A stretch of DNA of 32,000 nucleotides. Origin: Nitrosospira multiformis ATCC 25196. GTDB lineage: Bacteria; Pseudomonadota; Gammaproteobacteria; Burkholderiales; Nitrosomonadaceae. The notes below the pieces were generated by a model that did not search any database, was not told the DNA's origin, and worked only from the letters and a program-made list of their open reading frames with translations. The translations under genes were made by a program, and so were the position numbers. The stretch covers positions 900,001 to 932,000 of the forward strand of contig NC_007614.1 in NCBI RefSeq assembly GCF_000196355.1, written 5' to 3'. This document shows, one piece after another, positions 10,651 to 20,524 of this stretch (position 1 is its first letter; the number at the start of each line of letters is the position of its first letter).

Positions 10651-11808
10651 TCAAACCAGGTAGGTATCAAGCCCTGTCAGCAGCAAATCATATTGCGCTT
10701 CGACCAACTCCTTGATCACCAGCGCCGGCATGCCTCCAACCACATTGCCTTCCAGGGCCAGCCAGCCTATTGCATCTGTCGGTCCCAGACTCACTACATA
10801 ACCTAAATCCCGGTGAAGGTAAGGCTCGAGCAATCGCAAGGCGCCTGAGTGACGCAGGATATTCCGAGCAGTAAGCATTCCTTTTCTTACCGCGGATTGC
10901 GCAGTCATAGTGTTGGAGCCTGGAGCATGGTAAACGCAGCAGTCTCCCGCTGCGAAAATGTTTGGCAACGTCGTGTCTTCAACGACTACCTGTCCAAAAA
11001 TATTGGCAGAAAATGGTGTTTCCAGCTTTTTACCAACGAACAGGAAGGAGATTGAAGAGGGCAGGGTAAACTTACGCCCCGTCAGATTATCACCCAATAG
11101 AACCTGCTCCCCCTGTTGTCCGAGATAACGGGTATCAGGAAAAAACTCGATCCCCAGTTCGGTCATTTTGGACTGGGTATAGGTGGAAAAGCCGACGGGG
11201 AACTGGTTGAGTACCCGGTTCTCGCCATGGACAAGACGCAGATTGCACTCGATCTGATAGCGCTTGAGGAAATGAGCGATTTCAAAAAGAAATTGAATTC
11301 CCGTTGCTCCTCCCCCTATCACTGAAATGGATCGGGCAATGGCGGTGGTTTGGCTCAACCGCCCGTGGAATAAATCGGCGCCCGATATAGCCATGAAGTC
11401 GAGCAGATCAAAGACATTCTCCGGTTTATTCACCTGCATTACAGGAGAGCCCGAGGCGAGCAGCAGATAGTCAAATTCCAGTATTTCGTTATTGACTTCA
11501 AGAAATCTATCGTTCTGCCACTGCCGCAGAACCGATTCACTCGGATTCAGTTCTGCACAAACATGACGGCAGCCAAAACGGCTTTCCAGCGTGGAAAACG
11601 GAATCAGGAAATCGTTCAGTGGATACCGGAAAGTCTCATGGAGATGAGTAATCTTGAGGTGTTCGAATCTGGGATCAATGATGACGACATCAGCTTCGGG
11701 CATGTGGCGCAAGAGGGTAACCAGTGCCGCGATGCCGGCATAGCCTCCGCCGACCACGACAATCTTGAGGTGTTTCAACCTAGGTAGGTAAAATGGCAGA
11801 AAAGGCAC
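10651..11808 (-). CDS. FAD-dependent pyridine nucleotide-disulfide oxidoreductase, NDH-2-like
   Basis: The 385-aa ORF has two Rossmann dinucleotide motifs (KIVVVGGGYAGI; ISVIGGGATGIQF) and the C-terminal NIFAAGDC flavin motif. GTG start. Confidence 0.85.
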   Translation of the reverse strand: MPFLPFYLPRLKHLKIVVVGGGYAGIAALVTLLRHMPEADVVIIDPRFEHLKITHLHETFRYPLNDFLIPFSTLESRFGCRHVCAELNPSESVLRQWQNDRFLEVNNEILEFDYLLLASGSPVMQVNKPENVFDLLDFMAISGADLFHGRLSQTTAIARSISVIGGGATGIQFLFEIAHFLKRYQIECNLRLVHGENRVLNQFPVGFSTYTQSKMTELGIEFFPDTRYLGQQGEQVLLGDNLTGRKFTLPSSISFLFVGKKLETPFSANIFGQVVVEDTTLPNIFAAGDCCVYHAPGSNTMTAQSAVRKGMLTARNILRHSGALRLLEPYLHRDLGYVVSLGPTDAIGWLALEGNVVGGMPALVIKELVEAQYDLLLTGLDTYLV

Positions 11809-11951
11809 GTTCTTCCTTGAAAAGCCGACAAAATCTCGTATTTCGTGTGTTTTTTCAGTATAAACTCATTTCTAAACCGGAGTGCTGGCAGCTTGGTGGC
11901 AAGTAGCACGGTCTTCATTTCATCTATTAGCACTCCGGCAGATTGATCAGG

Positions 11952-12863
11952 TTAAAACATGAGTGACATGTTTTTTGGAATTGCCTGCCGATCCCAATTT
12001 TTAATTGCCCATATCCAGAATGACCTCAAGCTGCTCTCGCTTACCTCCGGCGGCGGTGTCTGCCCGAGAAACCGGATGGCCTTCACGAGCTGCAAAACGG
12101 GATACGAAATATCTACCGGCGCTGCCTGCGTCTGTTTACTGAGTTTTTCGCCTCGTGCGTTGACTACTACGGGAAGGTGCATATAGGAGGGAATGGAGTA
12201 GCCCAGCAATTTTTGCAGGTAAATCTGACGGGGAGTCGAGTTCAGTAAATCACCTCCCCGCACCACGTGAGTAATACCCTGTTCAGCGTCATCCACCACG
12301 ACCGCTAGCTGGTAAGCGAAAATCCCATCCGCCCGACATATCACGAAATCGCCTATATCGTGCTGAATCCGCTGTTGCCGCAGGCCTTGTACTTCATCCT
12401 CAAATTCAATCAAGTCATTATTTGTATATAGTCGCCATGCACCGGAAAATGGGGGTTCATGTTTGCGGCCGCGGCAAGTTCCAGGATAGACAGGCCCTTC
12501 TATTCCAAGAACTGAGGAATCGGCAATTTCCTTACGACTGCAACTGCAACGATAAATAAGCTGCTGTTTTTCAAGGATCGACAAAGCTGCATGGTAGACC
12601 TCCTGGCGTTGCTCCTGAAATACCACTGAGCCATCCCATTCCATTCCAAGGAGATGCAGGGTATTCAAAATTTCTTCTGAAGCACCTGGAATTTCACGCG
12701 TCGTATCGAGATTTTCGATTCTGACGAGCCATTCTCCGCCCCGTGATCTTGCCTCCAGATAACTGCCTACAGCAGTGACAAGAGAACCAAAATGCAAGGG
12801 TCCGGTAGGAGAGGGGGCAAACCGGCCGCGATAGACCGGCGAGAGAGGGAAGGCATTTTCCAC
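11952..12863 (-). CDS. gluQ: Glutamyl-Q tRNA(Asp) synthetase
   Basis: The 303-aa ORF reads YRGRFAPSPTGPLHFGSL (HIGH-type motif) ...GEKLSKQ (KMSKS-like). It is a truncated GluRS-like length without an anticodon-binding domain. GTG start, so the start is moderately uncertain. Confidence 0.85.
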   Translation of the reverse strand: MENAFPLSPVYRGRFAPSPTGPLHFGSLVTAVGSYLEARSRGGEWLVRIENLDTTREIPGASEEILNTLHLLGMEWDGSVVFQEQRQEVYHAALSILEKQQLIYRCSCSRKEIADSSVLGIEGPVYPGTCRGRKHEPPFSGAWRLYTNNDLIEFEDEVQGLRQQRIQHDIGDFVICRADGIFAYQLAVVVDDAEQGITHVVRGGDLLNSTPRQIYLQKLLGYSIPSYMHLPVVVNARGEKLSKQTQAAPVDISYPVLQLVKAIRFLGQTPPPEVSESSLRSFWIWAIKNWDRQAIPKNMSLMF

Positions 12864-13207
12864 CCGTTAATCTTGATTAATGGAGTCTCACAATATCCAT
12901 TGAACCCCTCAGATTCTTATTCTCCAACCCCTCTATCCAGAGGGAGTAACATGATGAGTATACTCAAATAATGAAACAATATGGGGTGAGTTACCATGAT
13001 CTTCGCGGATGGAGAGAGAAAATAAGTATGGGAAAGAATAAAATTACTATAACCTTTTTGGCAAGATGGGTTTATACTGCCTAAACTTCTCGACACTCAT
13101 GGATAAGCAATGATTCAGTTTATGCGACCTGATCATGCTGCGGATTTCGAGGAGCAGGATATAAATCCTGGCATGAAGTTTACCCTGTTTGCCTTCTGAC
13201 AAACTGC

Positions 13208-13237
13208 TTGACTTAAGGGTATGGCGGGGAGTAGTCT
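13208..13237 (+). promoter_or_regulatory. Candidate amoC promoter (TTGACT-N18-TAGTCT)
   Basis: This is the best -35-like hexamer in the 655-bp noncoding region upstream of amoC, at the AT-rich to GC-rich transition. It would give a leader of roughly 280 nt. Hand-scanned, with a weak -10. Confidence 0.25.
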
Positions 13238-13452
13238 TTACGGGCTTATGGGTATGTAAAGTACTGGTAGCGGCAATAAAGGTGGTACCAGGGAAGGATT
13301 TGGGTGTTCTGGTGCGGCTGTTTGGTGCTGCCGGTATTGGGAAGTAAGCGACAATTTGTTCTTGCGCGCCGGGTTTTGTGCAGTAGAGAAGCGGCAGCAA
13401 GCGGATGTTGGAAGTTGGAAGCATGAAGGGCAAGCGCTTCTGCCGGAATTGA

Positions 13453-14349
<897 letters not shown>

Positions 14350-14385
14350 GGACTGACTCGCTGACACACGCATAAGCAGCAATAG

Positions 14386-14417
14386 CCGCATCGCCTCCGA
14401 ACAGGAGAGCGATGCGG
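14386..14417 (+). promoter_or_regulatory. Strong stem-loop 37 nt downstream of the amoC stop (no U-tract)
   Basis: CCGCATCGC-CTCC-gaaca-GGAG-a-GCGATGCGG: 13 bp of pairing with one bulge and a 5-nt loop. It is followed by ccagcgg, not a T-run. Confidence 0.5.
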
Positions 14418-14654
14418 CCAGCGGTAACACAGCCGGGCAGACTCAAGCAATGCGAAGCGGCGGCACCTGGAGCAAAAGGGGAAGGGAGTCGCCGGATCCG
14501 GGAGCAACAAGGAAGCGACAAGGGATTTATACAGTCATGTAGACCCTTGTTGAATCACGAGGTTCCCGGGAATTCGCGGCAACGTCATCAGGGACTGCAA
14601 GGATGGCAAGCAGTAGAGCAGCACGGCAACGATTGATATGTTTTAGTCGCGTAA

Positions 14655-16742
<2,088 letters not shown>

Positions 16743-16860
16743 GGACAAAGCCCGGGGGCAAGCCCTACAGGACTAATCCCGGGTCAATCCTAAAAAGCCG
16801 CCCGGCTCCTGCCTGACCAGGGCAGAAACCGGGCCAAGACTGGAACAGGCAGCATGCAAA

Positions 16861-16907
16861 CACCGGTCCGCCACCGTTACAGACGGCAAGGTGGATCGGT
16901 GTTTTTT
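16861..16907 (+). terminator. Rho-independent terminator downstream of amoB
   Basis: CACCGGTCCGCCACCGT-tacag-ACGGcaaGGTGGATCGGTG is followed by TTTTTT. The long stem is imperfect, with inner CCGT/ACGG pairing. Confidence 0.7.
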
Positions 16908-17120
16908 AACTTCCCTCCTGTTAACTGCCCCCTGTAAGCTCTTCAAGAAGCCTCCCAAAAGACCCCAAACGCAGTTCCTAAAACGGTAATATAGCTGCTC
17001 CAATTTCGATAATTTCGATAATATCGATTGTAGACAGCGGAAAGTGGCCAGAGAAATGCTACAGGAGTGCCTTCTCATCCATAAGACACTTTGATATGGA
17101 CAGCGGCAGGGCAGGTTATC

Positions 17121-18647
17121 CTAAAGAGAGGGTGTCGCTACGTTATCCACTTTCTCTCGCATGGAAAGGGGGTTGAGTGACATATCCGCGAAAGCATCAG
17201 CAATTCGCCGAACACCAGCCCGGATCTGGTATTCGTTGAGGGAAGAAAAACCTAACACGAGCGTACGGGCGCTGTAGCGACAGCCACCGTAATCATAGCC
17301 CGTACCCCCTCCGATCGAGTAGATTCTTACTCCATGACGTAATGCAATTGTCTGGAGCTGAGCTGCAGGTGGATAGTGATCAGGAAGATGCCATGCCAGA
17401 TGCAGGCCACTCTCAAGGCCGCTAAGGCGGATGGCCCCAAAATGTTCCCGCAGTGCTTCCACCAGACAATCACGGCGCTTACCATACATATTTCGCATGC
17501 GTCTCAGATGATTGCCATAAGCGCCGCTGCGGATAAATTCGGCCATAGTTGCTTGATCCAGCCAGGCATGCCCATTATTAAGCAGAGCTTTTGCAGAACG
17601 GGCAGCAGGAATCAATGCTTTGGGTACCACTAGGTAGCCTAGGCGCAGGCCCGCACCCATGGATTTGGAGAAAGTACCCAGATACATGACACAACCATAA
17701 TCATCCAGTCCCATGAGAGCGGTCAGGGGCGATCCGCGATATCGAAAATCTGAATCGTAATCGTCCTCTATGATGAATGCCCCACAACGCCGCGCCCAAT
17801 CCAGGAGCTTCAACCGGCGCTCGATGGGCAAGGTGAAGCCCAGGGGAAATTGATGTGAAGGAGTCACAAATAAAAGAGCAACTCCTTCCTTTGGTAGTTG
17901 TTCAACGTCGAGCCCTGCCTCATCCACAGGCACAGGAATCAATTTTGCATAGTAACTCTCGAAAAGCGAAGTGGCGCCTTGGTAGCAGGGATTTTCCGTT
18001 GCAACCATTGTCCCCTCTTTTACAAGAAGGCGAGCAGCAAGATTCAATCCCTCCTGAGAGCCGGCCGTAATAATTATCTGATCTGATGAAACGCTGATAC
18101 CCCGCGCGACTCCAAGGTGGGCAGCGATGACTTCCCGCAGTTCCGATAGCCCACCGGGATCGCAACACTCCTCGAAGTGCATGTTTGCAGACATGAATGT
18201 CTTATTTACAAAGCGGCGCCATATCTTATGAGGAAACAGGTCGAGACCGATGCGATCCGGACAAAAATCAAAATCGAGATGCTGAACAGTGATGTTGGCG
18301 TGTATATGGCCGATAAATGGGATTACCGGCTGTTTGACAAATTCTTCATCACCAGGAGAGGAGGGGGTCACCCTGCGGGTGGCAGAAAGGCAGGTTTCAG
18401 GAAGCTCAAGGTTTACATACGTTCCAATTGCCTTCCGGGCCTGAAGATAGCCTTCGGCAATCAAACGATCATAAACCAGCAAAACAGTATTACGAGAAAT
18501 ACCCAGTTGTTCGGCAAGTACGCGACTCGCCGGGATGAGTGTACCGGGTTTTAGCTTACCGCCGAGGATAAGGTGGCGTAACTGGTCAAAAATCTGGCCT
18601 TGCAGCGATTGACGACTGTTATGGTCGAGTTCAATGGGAATTGCCAT
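17121..18647 (-). CDS. MocR/GabR-family transcriptional regulator (GntR-type wHTH fused to a fold-type-I aminotransferase-like domain)
   Basis: The 508-aa ORF has an N-terminal ...LPASRVLAEQLGISRNTVLLVYDRLIAEGYL... (GntR HTH). The C-terminal domain carries the YLGTFSKSMGAGLRLGY motif, which contains the PLP-binding Lys. Confidence 0.88.
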   Translation of the reverse strand: MAIPIELDHNSRQSLQGQIFDQLRHLILGGKLKPGTLIPASRVLAEQLGISRNTVLLVYDRLIAEGYLQARKAIGTYVNLELPETCLSATRRVTPSSPGDEEFVKQPVIPFIGHIHANITVQHLDFDFCPDRIGLDLFPHKIWRRFVNKTFMSANMHFEECCDPGGLSELREVIAAHLGVARGISVSSDQIIITAGSQEGLNLAARLLVKEGTMVATENPCYQGATSLFESYYAKLIPVPVDEAGLDVEQLPKEGVALLFVTPSHQFPLGFTLPIERRLKLLDWARRCGAFIIEDDYDSDFRYRGSPLTALMGLDDYGCVMYLGTFSKSMGAGLRLGYLVVPKALIPAARSAKALLNNGHAWLDQATMAEFIRSGAYGNHLRRMRNMYGKRRDCLVEALREHFGAIRLSGLESGLHLAWHLPDHYPPAAQLQTIALRHGVRIYSIGGGTGYDYGGCRYSARTLVLGFSSLNEYQIRAGVRRIADAFADMSLNPLSMREKVDNVATPSL

Positions 18648-18746
18648 ATGTATTCATGGCGGCAGATACGCGCGCTGGATTTCTGTTCCAGGTAAATTAT
18701 CGATTCTGACATATTTTTATAATTAACGTAAGCCTACATACGATCT

Positions 18747-18774
18747 CAGCCGCTCTCATAAGTGAGAGCGGCTG
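18747..18774 (-). terminator. Perfect 12-bp hairpin between the cycB stop and the MocR gene (possible terminator or insulator, no U-tract)
   Basis: CAGCCGCTCTCA-taag-TGAGAGCGGCTG lies 32 nt downstream of the cycB stop. There is no T-run on either strand, so intrinsic termination is uncertain. Confidence 0.35.
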
Positions 18775-18805
18775 ATTGAGGGCTATTTACATACGAAGCG
18801 AGTGC

Positions 18806-19408
18806 TTACTCCTCGTCTTCCTCATCCTCGTCGTCGTCATCCTTTTTTTCGGGCTTGAGGACCATCTTGCCCTGCTTGATGCTCTCGTTCAGGTCGGTTT
18901 CTGCAACTTCCTTGTGCACCAGGTTCTGGTGGCAGTCGATGCAGGTGGCGCCTTCCGTCTCCATCTTCTTGTGCGCGGCCTTGGCATCGGCTCCGGGAGG
19001 CTGCGGATTCTTGTGGCAGGCGCGGCAGGTGCGGCTGTCCCACTTCTTGAGATTCATGCGCGCATCGTGCGCCATGATCAGGCGGCGCTCGTTGAATTTC
19101 TCCAGCGTGGAGTAGTCATTGACCATCTCCAGATAAAGCTCGCGCGCTCCGTCCACCACATGGGTCGCCACCGCCAGGTGGAAGTTCTGCAATCCCTGCG
19201 GGATGTGGCAGTCCTTGCAACCGGGGTTGGCGCCCAGGGCGCCATAGTGCGAGGATTCCTTCAACTCCTCGGCCGGATAAGTCATGGAGTGGCAACTGGT
19301 GCAGAATTCGGTGGTGGAGACGGCCGCTTCGCCGCCCAATACCACCGCCACCATCACCACGCCCAAGAGTGTGCCCACCAGGAGGGCACTACCTGTCTTC
19401 ATCGCCAT
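18806..19408 (-). CDS. cycB: Membrane-anchored tetrahaem cytochrome cM552 (NapC/NirT family)
   Basis: The 200-aa ORF has an N-terminal TM helix and four CxxCH motifs (CTSCH, CKDCH, CRACH, CIDCH). Its ATG is separated from the cycA TGA by 1 nt (TGAcATG). Confidence 0.93.
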   Translation of the reverse strand: MAMKTGSALLVGTLLGVVMVAVVLGGEAAVSTTEFCTSCHSMTYPAEELKESSHYGALGANPGCKDCHIPQGLQNFHLAVATHVVDGARELYLEMVNDYSTLEKFNERRLIMAHDARMNLKKWDSRTCRACHKNPQPPGADAKAAHKKMETEGATCIDCHQNLVHKEVAETDLNESIKQGKMVLKPEKKDDDDEDEEDEE

Positions 19409-19409
19409 G

Positions 19410-20117
19410 TCAGTCGTCCGAACCTTTCTCGCCTACCTTGGCGCTGGACTGGAATTCATCGTGGTACTTGAACTTCGGATCCCCCGTGAAGACCCCATCG
19501 AGCTTGTAGTGCTCGTGCATGGCCTTGGTGTCCTTGACGTACTTGTCAAAGTCGAAGGTGTATTTCTTGTCCACGTCCGGGGTGAAGGGGGTGTAGGGTT
19601 CCTTGGCACCTTTCCACGGGCTGCCCTTGTAGTTCATGTGGCAGGCATTGCAGCTTTCCTCGAAGCTGAAGTCCTGCCCGGCATCGGCCAGCACCTGGCG
19701 GGAGGTGGTCTTCTTCGATTTCTCGAAAGCGGCGCCGGATTTGCGGTGGATGCCGCGGTACTTGGAGCCGGGTCCATGGCAGGATTCGCAGCCTACCCCG
19801 GTCAGGAACTTGCTCGGGTCGTCAATCGTGTAGCCGCCTTCCTTGCCCCAGCCATCCACATGACAGCCGACGCAGTCCTTGTCCTTGGTGTAGTCCTTGG
19901 CAGGATCGAGCTTGGCCTTCTTCTTGGCTTCGGCCTTGTTGTTGGGCTTCAGCGAGTCCATGGCCTTGGCGTGCGCCGTGCTGCCCCAGGATTCGGCCTG
20001 GCTCTTGTGACAGGAACTGCATTTCTTGCGGCCTTCAAACGATTCGGCAGAGGCGCTGCCGGCCATGACCGCAAACAGGGCTGCTGCGGCCAGGGCGAGT
20101 GTCATGCGATGGTTCAT
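19410..20117 (-). CDS. cycA: Tetrahaem cytochrome c554
   Basis: The 235-aa ORF has a strong GGAGGAAGG Shine-Dalgarno and a signal peptide (...MAGSASA). It has four CxxCH motifs (CSSCH, CVGCH, CESCH, CNACH) and is Lys-rich. It sits downstream of hao-haoB, as in known hao clusters. Confidence 0.93.
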   Translation of the reverse strand: MNHRMTLALAAAALFAVMAGSASAESFEGRKKCSSCHKSQAESWGSTAHAKAMDSLKPNNKAEAKKKAKLDPAKDYTKDKDCVGCHVDGWGKEGGYTIDDPSKFLTGVGCESCHGPGSKYRGIHRKSGAAFEKSKKTTSRQVLADAGQDFSFEESCNACHMNYKGSPWKGAKEPYTPFTPDVDKKYTFDFDKYVKDTKAMHEHYKLDGVFTGDPKFKYHDEFQSSAKVGEKGSDD

Positions 20118-20289
20118 CCTTCCTCCTTTTTTCTTTCGGCAAATATATCCGTTGTTTCCGTTATATCCCTGGATTCGATTCTTGTATTTCTTCCAGCTCC
20201 ATGCGACTGCAACCTGATCCGCATCCTGTTTTTCATTGCTTCCTGCTGCTTGTTCTTGTTCTTGTTCTTTTTTACTGTATTTCCCTGTT

Positions 20290-20316
20290 ATTGTAATGCG
20301 CTTGCAATGATCGCAA
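20290..20316 (-). promoter_or_regulatory. Candidate cycA promoter (TTGCGA-N15-TACAAT on the - strand)
   Basis: This is the best -10-like hexamer between the haoB terminator and cycA. It would give a purine-rich leader of roughly 165 nt. The spacer is short, and this was hand-scanned only. Confidence 0.3.
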
Positions 20317-20332
20317 TGTCAGGACACACTTT

Positions 20333-20408
20333 TTATTGTGTCCATACTGTATCTCTGGTTCATACAGACGGGTAGCACCAGTACCATCACTCTTTCTGGT
20401 ACCACTGG
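20333..20408 (-). repeat. Copy A of a ~76-bp noncoding element shared with the hao upstream region
   Basis: It aligns without gaps to 23989-24064 (about 63/76 identical by hand count) while the flanks are unrelated. It contains the hairpin GCACCAG...CTGGTAC. Confidence 0.8.
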
Positions 20409-20423
20409 TACCGGTGGCACCCC
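20397..20423. repeat. 3 x 9-bp tandem repeat (TGGTACCAC TGGTACCGG TGGCACCCC)
   Basis: Read directly from the sequence. The hao-proximal copy of the element has a single unit (TGGTGCCAC, 24053-24061). Confidence 0.75.
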
Positions 20424-20428
20424 CAGCG

Positions 20429-20524
20429 CAGCACGGGGGACCCGCAAAGCGGGGTCGGGCAGGGGGACCCGGAGCGCGGCGCGAGGGGCCCGCAAAGCGG
20501 GATCGGGCAGCGGGGGGGCGCCGG
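20429..20524. repeat. 2 x 48-bp GC-rich tandem duplication, each unit with a CCCGC-AAA-GCGGG hairpin core
   Basis: cccgcaaagcgg occurs at 20441 and 20489 (period 48) with similar flanks (...tcgggcag...). The duplication also shows up as a 16-aa periodicity (PLPDPALRxPRAALxV) in the spurious ORF 20319-20588. Confidence 0.75.

Noticed and set aside
16773-17078. 101-aa - strand ORF downstream of amoB, considered as a possible amoE/amoD-like gene.
   Set aside because: It reads through the amoB terminator hairpin, has no TM segments like amoE or amoD, has no Shine-Dalgarno sequence, and lies on the wrong strand for an amo operon member.
20415-20430. Sigma54-like TGGCAC-N5-GCGC on the + strand.
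   Set aside because: The -12 element is poor (GCGC rather than TTGC). The orientation points into the 3' end of haoB, with no + strand gene downstream. TGGCAC here is just the third unit of the 9-bp repeat.
20429-20524. Possible CRISPR-like array.
   Set aside because: There are only two directly abutting 48-bp units with no spacers, and no cas genes in the window. It is a tandem duplication.
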